This document shows positions 51,001 through 63,029 of a DNA stretch of 64,000 nt, one piece after another; the stretch's first letter is position 1; each line of letters starts with the position of its first letter. This DNA comes from Heterodontus francisci (taxonomy: Eukaryota): the NCBI RefSeq assembly GCF_036365525.1, contig NC_090411.1:33450804-33514803 (forward strand), in the 5' to 3' direction. Below the pieces are notes generated by a model that was not told the origin of the DNA, did no database searches, and was given only the letters and a program-made list of their open reading frames with translations. A program made the translations under genes and the position numbers.

Positions 51001-54000
51001 AATACATGTGTGCATTAGGGTTGTGAAAATAAGTTTAAGTCTTTATACTCCAATTTCTTGAGTGCTTAACTACTAAATTAAATCTTAATTTGTTAAGATA
51101 CCTGGTTTGGTCTTAATTTCTGGTCACAAGTGTTTTAATTTGGCAAATATCCAGTAGATGGGAAAACTTTAATATGCTGCAATCTGTGGCATATTGGGAC
51201 TGAATTGACAGTGTATTACTCCTGCCTTGGTTGTAACAGAGTACATTATGAATAAGGTGACTAGTTTTGACTACTGCACAGGGTGAACTCTAGCATTTAC
51301 TGCATATTCACATTTCTTCTCTCTAGTCATGTGGAGTTTAGTTTCCAGTAGATAATAAGTTGGGGGGTGGTGTACTTTCCCTGAAGTTGTATTTTAAACT
51401 GGACTTCTAATGCATTTGAGCTGTTAGTGCTGTCTCAACACTTGTTTTCCTGTTCCAACAGGTTCTGGAAATGTTTGATGTTGACATGAAAATTGGTGAC
51501 ACTGTCAAAATCAAAGTGTTTATTGACCCAGAAGCAGACCGGTAAAAGTCGATTGCTTTTTAAATATTCTCATCTTTGCCTCTGCCTCACTGTCCCTCCT
51601 ATCTCTGTAAATTCCTCTAGCCCTAAACCTTCAAGAATTTGGCATTCCCTGAACTCTGGCTGCTTGTATGTCACTGCCCACTCCTTCACCCCCAACATTG
51701 TCTGGACCTGGAGCTATGAATGTTCTCCCTAAACCTGTGTCTCTACTATATATTTTTTTTTAAAAAGCTCCTTTTTTAAAAAACTTTAACCAAACTCTTA
51801 GTCATGTCCTAATTTATCCTTTTGGTTCAGCCAGTTTTTTTTTTTTTTTTTTGCCTGTGCTGTTATGAAGCAACATTTGGATGTTTTGTGTTAGACACTA
51901 TACAAATGCTAGTTTCATTGGCTGGAAGTGTGAGGTTCAACAATACAGACCAGAAATCCCAGTTGACCTCAGGACCCTGGGCTGAAGCATAGAAATTGAA
52001 TGCCTTGTAAGAATTACTGCATTGAATTTGCAGGGGAAACTGACAGTGATTCTAGGATGTAATGTGTTTTTTTTCCTCATTCAGTAGGATCTAGCATGGT
52101 AGTGTATGCTGGACACTAGTTAGTTCATTAGGACAGAGTTGAAGAGTTGTCTAGTCATTCCTGCATCATGCTAGCTTGGATTAGATGAAGGCCTCCCATA
52201 TTCATGGTTGAGTGTAATGTGGATCTTTATTTTTATTGAATTCTATGGCACAGACATTCATTTCTATAATTGATTTCACTAACCCAGGCCATCCCAAAGT
52301 GCTTCAGTCAATAAGTTATAAAAATTAAGCTTCCATAATCTATGGTTGACTTCCATTCCATCTAATCAATATCTTCCTCTCCTGAGGAATTATTGTCCAA
52401 AGTGCCCTTCTGATCAGTGTAATTTGTTACTGAACTTTTAAGTTTGAGGTTAAAGCTCACCATGGCTGTTTTGGAATAATTAAAAGCTGTTTGATTGTGT
52501 ATTAGTCGAGTTCTTAAAACCACAATTTTTTTTTTTAAAAACTTGAAGGAAATCTTTTTGCTTGGTTTAGCTATAATTTCCAGCCCAACACCAACCATCC
52601 TATGAAATGACTTAGTAAGCCTTTCATTCAGTTGTATCAAAACCACTCAGACTGCAGGACTAAAGATGTCCGTCTTGCCCATATTCCTAAGTGAATTTAA
52701 GAATACCACCAGCAATATTTTCTTGGAATGTTTTTTTTTCCAGCAGGGTGACACATTGACCTCTAATACATTTTTTTTTTTTTCTCTTTGCAGGTTTGCA
52801 ATTAGTCTGGGAAGAGACCACTCTGAGCTGGCATTGCATTTCAACCCTAGGTTTGATGATGATGAAGTTGGTAGAGTGATTGTGTGTAACAGTAAAGAAG
52901 ATGGTGAGTGGTGCACTGAGCAGAGAGAGGAGGCCTTCCTGTTTGAGAAGGGTGAATGCTTCAAGGTGAGAAAGGAAAGGAGGCTGTGATCTAATGTGTG
53001 TTCCTAGTCCTTTTAATTGAGGAGACCTGCTTCAAGCCTGTACACCTTCTGGGGGTGGGGTCTTGTTTGGTCTAAGGTTTATGTGCAGTTAATTCCTCTT
53101 ATCTCAGATAGAAGCTGCCTGAATTCTCCCAGGCCAAGGAGGAAAACTTGGGTTACAGGCTTGAGGGGGTCAAATGACCTGTTCCTGTTCTACCTCCATG
53201 CCTGACTTATTGTCAAACTGGCAATAGTGGAGTCAAGACTGAATTTAAGTTTGGAATATGAAGCTCTTGGGTTCTAGCACTTACTGGCCAGGCTCTGGAA
53301 GGATTCTTGCTCAGCTGTTCTAGACCCCTTGTGACTGTAGAACACTGCCCCAGGAAGAACATGAAGGGTATTTTCTTGGTCACTGTTCCGTGTTGAAACT
53401 GTCATAATATAGCAGGCTAACATTTTTGTCCACAAGCAATCTGATTAGTACAGGGTACAAGAGGCTGAATTGCAAAGACACTTGAATGAGGTTACCAAAT
53501 CCAACAATAATATAGAAGATCTGATTAAAAGAATTGATGGAGTAGGTAGAAATTATTTCCTTGAGTCCAGAAACCAGGGGGCATAACCTTTAAAATTCAG
53601 GGGTGATGTCAGGAAGGACTTATCACAAAGGATAGTGAGAATTTGGAACTTGCTTTTTCTTGCCCCTGCCACTGACCAGCCCCCCCCCCCCCCACCAAAT
53701 CACCCCATATTCTGCCACAATTCAATCTGTATCATAGTCTGCTAGCACTCTTGTTCTGCAATATGCCCTGTTTAGACCCTAAGCTCTAGAATTGCCTCCC
53801 TAAATCTCTATGGTGCTGATCCTAAATCTACCTCTTTGATTGCTTTTGGTTACCTGCCTCAATTTCTCCTTCCTAAGAAATGGGAGTAGGCCATTCAGCC
53901 CCTCAAACCTGCCCTCATTCAATACAATCATGACTGGTCTGCCTCGACTCTACTTTCCCACTTGCCCCCCATAATCCCTTGATTCACTGATCAAAAACCT

Positions 54001-56164
54001 CCTGTAAGGACTCCATTCCCTTCTCCCAGTTTCTGTCTCCAACACATCTGCTTTGATGCTAGCTTCCATGACAGCACTTCTGATGTGTCTTCCTTTTTTT
54101 CCTCAACTGAGGACCCTCAACCATGTCCAGCCCATTTCCCACACCTCTACCCTCACCCCCTTCCCCCTCCAGAATCGCAACAGGGTTCTCCTTGTCCTCA
54201 CTTTCCACCCCATCAGTCTCTGTATCCAAAGGATCATCCTCCGCCACCTCCAGCGTGATGCCACTACCAAATGCATCTTCCCTTCCCCTGTCTGCATTCT
54301 GAAGGGATTGACACCCTGGTCCACTCCTCCATTACCCCCACCACCTTCCCCTGCAATTGCAGGATGTGTAATACCAGTCCATTTACCTCCTCTCTATCCC
54401 AGGCCCCAAACACTCCTTTCAGGTGAAGCAGCGATATAATTGTACTTTCAATGTAGTATACTGTATTTGCTGCTCACAATGTGGTCTCCTCTACATTGGG
54501 GAGACCAAACGCAGACTGGGTGACCGCTTTGCAGAACATCTCTGCTCAGTCCGCAAGCAGGACTGAGCTACCGGTTGCTTGCCATTTCCTCGTGCTCTTG
54601 CGCTAGCATCTCATTTACCAACTAGGCACACTACAGTCTGCCAGACTGAACATTGAGTTCAATAATTTCAGAGCATGGTGGGGGGGGGGGGGGGGGGGTG
54701 GAATTTTAGTTTCATTTTTCCTTTTTGTTTTATTTCATAGCTTGTTCAGTTTACTTTCCCAGTTTGTTTGTACTTGCAGCTGTTCAATTTTATCTTTTTT
54801 TTTAGCAATACAGTGCACAGGCCCTTCAGCCCACCCAAGTCTGCTGACCAACAACCACCCTTTTATACTAATCCTACATTGATCCCATATTCCCTACCAC
54901 ATCCCCAGCTTCCCTCCATTCTCCTACCACCTACCTACACTAGGGGCAATTTACAATGGCCAATTTACCTATCAACCTGCAAGTCTTTGGCTGTGGGAGG
55001 AAACCAGAGCACCCAGCAGAAACCCAGTCAGAGAACTTGCAAACTCTGCACAGGCAGTACCCAGAACTGAACCCAGGTCGCTGGAGCTGTGAGGCTGTCG
55101 TGCTAACCACTGTGCCACCCTAATTTTCAGTCCATTAACACCCTATCTGTACTAATGCTTTGTCTTTCAACATACCATTAACATTGTTTGTCTTTGCTCC
55201 ATGACCTTCTGGTCAGCTATTCTGTGACCTTGTCCTATTTACACCTTCGCCTTTGTTATCTCTTACCCCACCCCTGCTTTACTTATAACCTTTTTACATT
55301 CTATTAGCTAGTTCTGAAGGGTCACTGACCTGAAATGTTAACTCTGCTTCTCTCTCCACAAGTGCTGCCAGACCAGCTGAGTATTTCCAGCATTTCTTGT
55401 TTTTATTTCAGAATTGTTATACTTTAAATGTCTCAGTAGGTGGCAGGCTTTTCCATTATTTAACTGGAGCTTGGTTTGTAGCCTGCTTTGCATATATTTC
55501 AGTTTTAAGAGTCTACCTCAATCTAAATGGGTGTGGCATCTAACACTGCAGCAGCATTCCCACCTCCCCCCAACTCTGTCTGTAGCTCTGCTCTTGACTG
55601 ATATGAATTAGGACTAACTTTTTTTTTGTATTTGCCCAATTAATATTTCAGACTGCTGTAGGAGGCTCTAACTGAAGTTGGCCTGTATTTAGACAGCAGA
55701 AATGCTGTTTCTGCATAGCTGACCTCAGCAATAAATCAAGAATTGACCAAAGTTCCAGATGTGAAGTTAGTCAGCATATGCTTGAGTGACTAGCAAGGTC
55801 AAACAGGATTGGCTACCTGTTGAGTGTTTCCCAATTGACTCAAGTGCCAATAAGGGTTGAGATTCTAACAGCCCATGTCTGTCGGCTCTGTCTACCTAGT
55901 CCATTATCCATGCCTTTTGAGTGACCCCTCATTAGTGTATTAATAAGGATATTGAGTAAGAGGCTCATGTGCAACTTTTCCCTTTCTAACGCATCTTGTC
56001 TTATTTTGTCTGAACAGCTTTCCATCACATTCCTTGGAGTCAAGTTTGAGATTAAGTTGCCTGACTCAGTTATGGAGTTCCCTAACCGGTCTTCTATGGA
56101 TAGAATAACCTTCCTCACTGTACAGGGTGATATTCGAGTGAAGGCCCTGAAATTTGATTATTGA
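45073..56164 (+). CDS. Prototype galectin (galectin-1/2-like beta-galactoside-binding lectin); exons 45073-45081, 51462-51541, 52794-52965, 56018-56164 (135 aa)
   Basis: MKTVLEMFDVDMKIGDTVKIKVFIDPEADRFAISLGRDHSELALHFNPRFDDDEVGRVIVCNSKEDGEWCTEQREEAFLFEKGECFKLSITFLGVKFEIKLPDSVMEFPNRSSMDRITFLTVQGDIRVKALKFDY*. Has the HxNxR, VxN and WxxExR motifs. Exon sizes 9/80/172/147 fit the galectin-1 gene layout. Orthology is unresolved, so no symbol is given. Confidence 0.92.
47240..49200 (-). mobile_element. Decayed CR1 LINE in galectin intron 1
   Basis: GIEYKSREVMLELYNSLVRPHL, VWNSPPERVVEAETLSSFKK and other RT-region remnants. Confidence 0.75.
51462..51541 (+). CDS. Galectin exon 2
   Basis: ccaacag|GTTCTG...GACCG|gtaaaa, 80 nt. 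Confidence 0.88.
52794..52965 (+). CDS. Galectin exon 3 (carbohydrate-binding residues)
   Basis: tttgcag|GTTTGC...TTCAAG|gtgaga, 172 nt; encodes LHFNPRF, VCNS and WCTEQR. Confidence 0.95.
53990..55412 (+). mobile_element. Penelope-like element 3' part in galectin intron 3, interrupted by an HE1-like SINE (~54795-55120, minus strand)
   Basis: NRVLLVLTFHP; GIY-YIG region NVVYCICCSQCGLLYIGETKRRLGDRFAEH (~54450-54540); terminal repeat at 55300-55412. Confidence 0.8.
56018..56164 (+). CDS. Galectin coding exon 4
   Basis: tgaacag|CTTTCC...GATTATTGA; encodes ...KLPD...FPNR...GDIRVKALKFDY*. Confidence 0.93.
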   Translation, partial: LSITFLGVKFEIKLPDSVMEFPNRSSMDRITFLTVQGDIRVKALKFDY

Positions 56165-57134
56165 TATTCACTGATCTTGAACAAGCTGTATGTAATGGAA
56201 CGCCAGAGATGAATATTTTTTCTTTTGGGGGGTGAGGGAGGGAAGAACTTTCCCCTTTCCTAAATTTTGGGGGTGGGGGCAGGGAGGTGGGGTGTAAGGG
56301 AATGTTAAACAAATTCTAGTTCTCTGCACCCCCCCCCCCACCCCCACATACCTTGGGTAAGGGGGTTTTGCCCCTAATCCTACTTTGCTCACCCCCCTAA
56401 AATCCCATTTGTATATACCTAGGAACAAGGTCTGATCATGACTATACCTCTAGGTACAGATAATTCACTTTAGAAGAAAGGAGTCTCACTGGAAGTTCCT
56501 GCACCTTGTTTTGGAAGGAATAGTCAAACTCTCTCTCCAACCTGAATTTCATGTCTGTTGCTAATGGCATCTCCATGGATTGGTGTTTATGAAGACTGGT
56601 GTACAAAGCACTGTGGGTGCTACAGATTAACAGGGTTTTTCCCTCTCAACTGGTCCCTGATTTTTGTGTAGCAAATGCTGATCTAGTTACTCCATTCTCT
56701 CAAGTAAGAATTGGGAAGGTTAATCCAGAGAGCTCCTGTCCCATGAACTTCATCTACTGTCCTCTTTAGGAAGGTGGCATTGCTGTTCCTGAACTTGACG
56801 TGGGGGTTGTCTTCCCCTGCATGGTGTCCAATAGCTGAGCAATATTTGCCCAGAGTATCTGGCACTCGAACTGTCCACCTTCCTAACAGGTGACAAACTG
56901 ATCTTGAGACATCCATTGATCTGTTTCCACTTGCACAAACTAACTCTTGTATGAATGAACTTGGAGAAATTTATTCATGTGCTGTTATACCTTTTACCAT
57001 TTAGTATTGCACAAGTCTATTTCACTGTTTAAATGACATTTTTAAATTTTTCTTTGTAAAGCAAGTTTTCAACTTGATGGCATCCAATGTGGCTGAAACC
57101 AAAGTGGACACATTCAAGCTTGTTTGTTATCTCT

Positions 57135-57140
57135 AATAAA
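57135..57140 (+). terminator. Candidate galectin polyadenylation signal
   Basis: First AATAAA seen after the stop (about 970 nt downstream), followed by a T-rich tract. Confidence 0.5.
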
Positions 57141-58759
57141 GTTGCTTTAAAGTGAACCAGTTGTACACTTTTTTTTTTTGAGCTGCATAATTGATTCACC
57201 AAAGCACTTTTTCAGTTTTTCTGCTGTGGCAGGGTTTTCATCCAATCTGAGGGCCTGGTCTCCATGACTGACATTGAGCACGAGGTAGTTTGACAGTTCA
57301 ATGTTCTCTGGCTTGGAGTCTCACCTTTCATTCCATTAAACACTGATTCACAATAGCTGATTGAATTGAGCATTAAAAAATCAAAAGACCAACACTCTTG
57401 CTGCAGCAGCAGAATCCATCTTTTGGGTCTGAACAATTGCCTGGGATTCTATTGCAAAATTTGAGTCCTTGACTCATGTCTATGAAATCTTGACTCCATT
57501 TGTCATTAATCAGGTCACCTTTTTCTCAACAGGGGATCAACTCTTCTGACTTGTCTACTTTTGAAGAACAAACTGATTACTCCACAGCCCTTTGCCATGA
57601 ACTTAGCTATCACTTTTTCCCTCTGGGTGGAGTATTGGATGTCAACTTTTTGATTCCTAAATCATCCAATGGATGATATTAGGAATATAAGTATTTTATT
57701 CTTGATGGACAAGGCAAGTTGGGTCTAATGGTCTGTCTCATCCCACTATTGTGAGCTTTGATCAGCTGACAATTGTGTGTTTACTGCCAGCCTGAAAAGA
57801 GGGAGCTGGAAGGAAATTGCAATACTATCAATCACTGCAAATGCAAGCATTTGCTAGCTTGCATTGCCATAACTTGTAAATAATGAAGCCAGCTATTCAG
57901 GGTCTGGAATCCCATTCCTTTAGCTGTGTGAAAATTACAATTATCTACCAAATGCAATAAATCTAGAGAACGCCGATATACATCCATACAGGACATTCCA
58001 ATGGCTGAGGAGGAATCTTGGGTTTACTTGAAAGATTCTCACTCTCTCGACACTTGGCTGAGAGGTCAGGGAGCCTGGATCTTGCAATTTAACAGTTCTG
58101 ACTTGTAGCTGATTCCTGGAGCTGGGGTTTCTTATTTTTTTTTTGCCAGAAGTGAAATATCTTTCAAAATCTACCAAATGTGAAATTGGAAGATTCATTC
58201 ATTCAGTTTTTTTAAACCCAGACCATCTTTAATCACTGATCTGGAGAGATCCCAGACTCCATCCCCACATTTATCCCCAAGCCCTGCTGTTAAACAATTC
58301 TAGTAATTAATTCCAACCGAGTTAAGAACCTCCTGATATTCATTCTAAATGTGCTTGTTGTGAATCAGTGTCCATGACGAACCCTTCTAGTTTATTTCTA
58401 AGTGATCTAGATTTCCCTCTTTAGTATTTATCATACTTCAGTTGCTTCCTTTCTGCTCTGGCAAGTTTCTCCAATATTTCATTGCAGTGCAATCCCTCAT
58501 TTCCTGGGCTTAACTCTCACTAGGCTCATTGATCAGAATTGGGTTTCACATTTCATGTATGGTCTGTCTAGGCAGCACAAGATGAGCACAGCACCTGCCC
58601 TTTTAAGCTCCACTGTTTTAGCTACTTGTTCAAAATTCCTTTTGTTCTGTAATTATCTGGGAATCAGGTTTTTCCCTTAACATTTTTAATTACTCACCTT
58701 TTCATATCTTTTTTTCCTCTTTCCTGCTTGAGTTTGTTTCTACCTTTATCCATATACCA

Positions 58760-60075
58760 TGAATCATAGAAAGTTTAAGGCACAGAAAGAGGCCACACAG
58801 CCCATTGTCTGTGAAAAACAATCCACCTATTCTAAACCCACCTTCCAGCATTTGGTCTGTAGCCCTGCAGATTATTGCACTTGAGGTGCATATCCAGACT
58901 CCTTTTTGAATGAGTTGAGGGTTTCTGCCTCAACTGCCCTTTCAGGCAGTGAGTTCCAGACCTCCACCACCCTCTAAATTTTTCTTCATCTCTGCTCTAA
59001 TTTTTTTAACCAATCACTTTAAATCTATACCCCCTCATCACTGACCTCTACTAATCTGAATAGACCCTTCACCTCCACTCTATCCAAGCCCCTCAATTTT
59101 GTACATTTCAATCAGATCTCCCCTCTGCCTTCTCTGTTCCAAAGCAAACAACCCCAGCCTATCCAATCTGCACTCATAGCAGTGGTGTAGGGTATTGTCA
59201 TTGGACTAGTGACCCCACAGTATTGCACTGGGGGCATGGGTTCAAATCTCAGCACAGCAGAAGGTGAAATTTGAACTCCATTAGTAAATCTGGAATTAAA
59301 AAGCTAGTTTAACGAAGACTGTGATGCCAGTGTTGACTATTTAATTTTTAAAAACCCATCTGGTTCACTAATGTAGGCCAGATTTCCTTCCCAAAATAAG
59401 ACATGTAATTCCAGACCCACAGCAATGTGGTTGACTTACATGCCCTCTAAAATGGGCTAGCAAGCTACTCAGTTGTATCTAACCACTACAAAGTCAATTT
59501 ATATTTATATTTTTAAAAAAAAAATGAAATTGGACAGACCCCCCACCTGGCATCGAGCTAGGCCCTGGAAGTGACGATGCCAAACCCAGCTCTGCTCCTC
59601 CCAGCAGTGATTGCCCCTTTTCTGTTCCTTTAGCTCAATCCATATGGCCTCATTTGATGACCCTTCCAACATATCCAACTTTCTTGACCAAAATTGCCAC
59701 TTCCCCACCCCCACCCCCTTTCTTATCCCTGTCCCTATCATGTCTGACAACCCTGTAACCAGGAATGTTGAGCTGCCATTCCTGTCCCTCCTTAAGCCAT
59801 GTTTCTGTAATAGCTATGATGTATTGTCTATCTGTACACTCAACTCATCTGCTTTATTTGCTATGCTCCTTTCATTGAAATCGATGCCCTTGAGCACTGC
59901 CAAACTTTTTTATTTTCTAACCCTCGTTTCCTCTGTCTTCCAGACTCGTCCATTAATTTTCCACCTTCCATTTTAATTTTATTTTGTCCTAACTGAGTCT
60001 ACCCTCAGGTCCCCACCCCCCTGCCAAACTAACGTAAATCCTCCCCAACAGCACTAGCAAAACGTCCCACAAGGA
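58760..60075 (-). mobile_element. CR1 fragments (3' end and endonuclease region) flanking a + strand SINE at 59180-59480
   Basis: LEGSSNEAIWIELK, a DIIAITETWL-like stretch, and the same tail as 47240-47660. Confidence 0.65.
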
Positions 60076-62221
60076 CATGTCATTCTTTCAGCTTGCATCT
60101 CTTGTTCTTTTATCTCATTTCTCCTTTTACTATCTCCTTTCTGTCATTCCCTTTCTCCCCATTCCCTGCATTTTGTTTCACATACTTCCTTATATCTGTT
60201 TCACCTCCAATCTATTGGCTTCATTTTTCTGCTATTGCTGTCAAGTATGCAGAGTGGAATCTGTCTGGTCCAATAGTATTCTATCGCAGTTGTTTCTATT
60301 CTAACCTGAGGCAACACAGCCACTTAAATTAGTTTCCCAAAGAGTTAGAATTTAAGGTTTTTTTTTTTTGCTTCTAGAGTCTTTAATCATCCAAACTTTG
60401 ACAGTGAAAACTGTAATGTAATCTGTGAGATAGTGGAAGTAGCTTAATAGAGTTACTGCTTCAGCTCACTGCACATTAGGAAGATTGTCAAGACCTTTGA
60501 GACGGTGCGGAGGAGATTTACCAGCACACAGACTAGGGAAGCTGGTTTGTTCTCTTTGGAGCAGAAAATGTTAAAGGAGATTTTAATAGAGGTGCTCAAA
60601 ACTGAGGGGTTTTGATAAAGTAGTTAGGGAGGGTCAGTAACCTGAAGGCACCCATTTCAGGTAATTGGCAAAAAGAATCAGAGGTGAGATGTGAATATCT
60701 GGAAGGGGAGGTGGAATTAGATTCAATAACTTTCAAAAAGGAGTAGGATTTTTTTTTTGGGGGGGTTTGGTAGCAATGATTTTGTAGGGGAAGGGAAGTA
60801 AGCTAGCTCTTAAACAGAAGGCACTGTCGGCAGAATGGTTGCCTATACTCATTCTATGAAAATAATGAGGGAAAAGATTTTTTTTCCCACTAGTTTGGTC
60901 CCTTTTTACTAGCTAAGGGGGCAGATAGAGACTCTGGACTCTGCCAATCTCAACCCATCGCAAACTGTTCGATACCAGAAAGCCAGATGAAGGATAGACC
61001 TGGAGCTGATCTTTACACTCCTGTATTTATTTAGTTATACATTACAAGCATTCACCTCCTAACTCAACAACCAGTTTTGGTTTCTGCCTATTTTTATAAG
61101 GGCTCAAGTGAGTCTCCAGGGATGCCTGTCACCTGCATACAATTCAACAAAATTAATATAACCTACTGTTAAAGTGAACGGGAAGAAGCTGGAGCTGAGT
61201 TTTTGGGTTGCCTGCTGTTGGACAGGTCAGCTTTTGGATGGCCTGTCTGGGAATTTTCTGAGAAACTGACAGGTTTTTTTTTCAGGAGGAACATTTTTCC
61301 TACTTGTTTCTGAGCTCTGTGTGCATATCACTTACTCAGTGTGGATGGCTGAGTTCCAACCGAGTTGATCAAATTTGGTCTTGGGCCTTGTCTGCCCCTT
61401 TCTTTCCCGCCCCTCCACTTCACAATGCTGGTGCCACTTTAAACACAAACACTTAGACAAAGGATGTTCTGTTTGTTTCCATTCGTGACCGCATTTTGTG
61501 AGAAATGAGAGTTTTAAAAACTGCAGCTAACATCACGTGTGTGTAGCAACAACTCCAGTAAATAGCAGCAGCTTGAGACACACTGCAACGCTTTCAGACC
61601 AAGTCTTCTCTGTGGGTGACTAGAGGGCTATTTAAGACGTCCTGACAGCATCTCTGAAGCTCTGTCTTTGTGCGACAGTGTGGAAATGGGACGCTGCAAC
61701 TGATGGGGCTGATTTTGTTAAGGTGATTGCAAGCCTTTAAAAATGAGATGCTAGCTGATACCTGTGAAGGGTAAATGTTGAAAGCTTCTAGCTGGGTAAG
61801 GTGCAAAAGAGATGCTCCCATTTTTTTGCCGTTCTCTCCCTCCATCAGCCAATTGCAATCTGTCACCAGTGTTTGAGGAAGGGCAGCTCACTGGTGTAAA
61901 GTGTACTGCTATATAACCGTCTGCTTGAGCAATAACACTTAACAGTCCTTTCACATTTGGTGCTTGTTTGGGTTACAGTGTGAAACAGTAATAGGTCATA
62001 CAATCCAAGAACCTTACCACACAGCATTGGAGCACTGTGCCTTTGCCAGCTCTTTGAAAAAGCTATCCCACTCCCGCCACCCCCCCCCCCACCCCCCACT
62101 GCATTTTTCCCCCAGACCCCTGCAAATTTTCTCCCCTTCAAATGTTTATCCAATTCCCTTTTGAAAGTTGCTTTTGACTCATCTTCCATTACCATTTCAG
62201 ACATCAGATTCCAGATCATAA

Positions 62222-62355
62222 AAGCAAAATACTGCGGATGCTGGAAATCTGAAACAAAAACAAGAAATGCTGGAATCACTCAGCAGGTCTGGCAGCATCT
62301 GTGGAAAGAGAAGCAGAGTTAACGTTTCGGGTCAGTGACCCTTCTTTGGAACTGG
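62222..62355 (-). mobile_element. Solo 134-bp Penelope-like terminal repeat with TSD
   Basis: 13-bp direct repeat ttccagatcataa (62209-62221, 62356-62368). Contains a degenerate hammerhead motif. Confidence 0.8.
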
Positions 62356-62872
62356 TTCCAGATCATAACTTGCTGTGTAAAAAAAAAAATCACCTCTGCC
62401 CCCACCCCTGGTTCTTTTGCTAATTACCTTAAATCGGTGTCTTCTGGTTACAGACTATCCTACCAGTGGAAAGTGTTTCTCCTTATTTGCTCTCATCAAA
62501 ATCCTTCATGAATGGGAATACCTCTATTAAATCTCCTCTTAACTTTCTGTGCTCCAATGAGAACAATCCAGCTTTTCCCATTTCTCCACTTAGCTCAAGT
62601 CCCTGCTCCCTGGTACTGCTCCAGTAAATCTTTTCTGCACCCTCTCCAAGGCCTTGAATCTGGTTTCCACTTCCTTTTATTTGCATTTTATTTATTGGTG
62701 ATGTTGGATTCCTGATTTGAATGCATGTCCCTTTGTTACCAATTATATCAGGGCATCCAAAACTGCTTTACGGTGAATTAATTGCCTTTGAAATGTAGCC
62801 ACAGTTGAAATGTAAGGAAATGTGGCAACCAATTTATGCATAGCAAGCTCCCACCAAATTTGTATCTAATTT

Positions 62873-63011
62873 GGTATCTAAGCCATGCTGTACCTGCCCT
62901 GTGAATATTTAATAGGACAGTGAAGAGGGATATTTGTTCTTTATCTAACCTGTGCTGTACCCGCCCTTGGTGTGTTTGGTACAGTGTAGAGGGAGCTTTA
63001 CTCTGCATCTA
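62873..63011 (-). repeat. About two degenerate tandem units of the repeat that flanks Tx1
   Basis: Minus strand: tagatgcagagtaaagctccctctacactgt...ggtacagcacaggttagataaag...caggtacagcatggcttagatac. Confidence 0.7.
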
Positions 63012-63029
63012 GCGAAATTATATCTTAAA

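Noticed and set aside
38009-56164. ATP5MF-galectin read-through fusion protein, by analogy to human ATP5MF-PTCD1
   Set aside because: All ATP5MF donors are phase 1 while the galectin acceptors are phase 0, 2 and 0, so no in-frame fusion results.
57212-62279. Minus-strand exons of a convergent neighbour such as CPSF4
   Set aside because: Candidate segments (57212-57436, 57941-58198, ~60200-60305, 61863-61960) lack the CPSF4 zinc knuckle or any recognisable motif and do not form a consistent splice chain.
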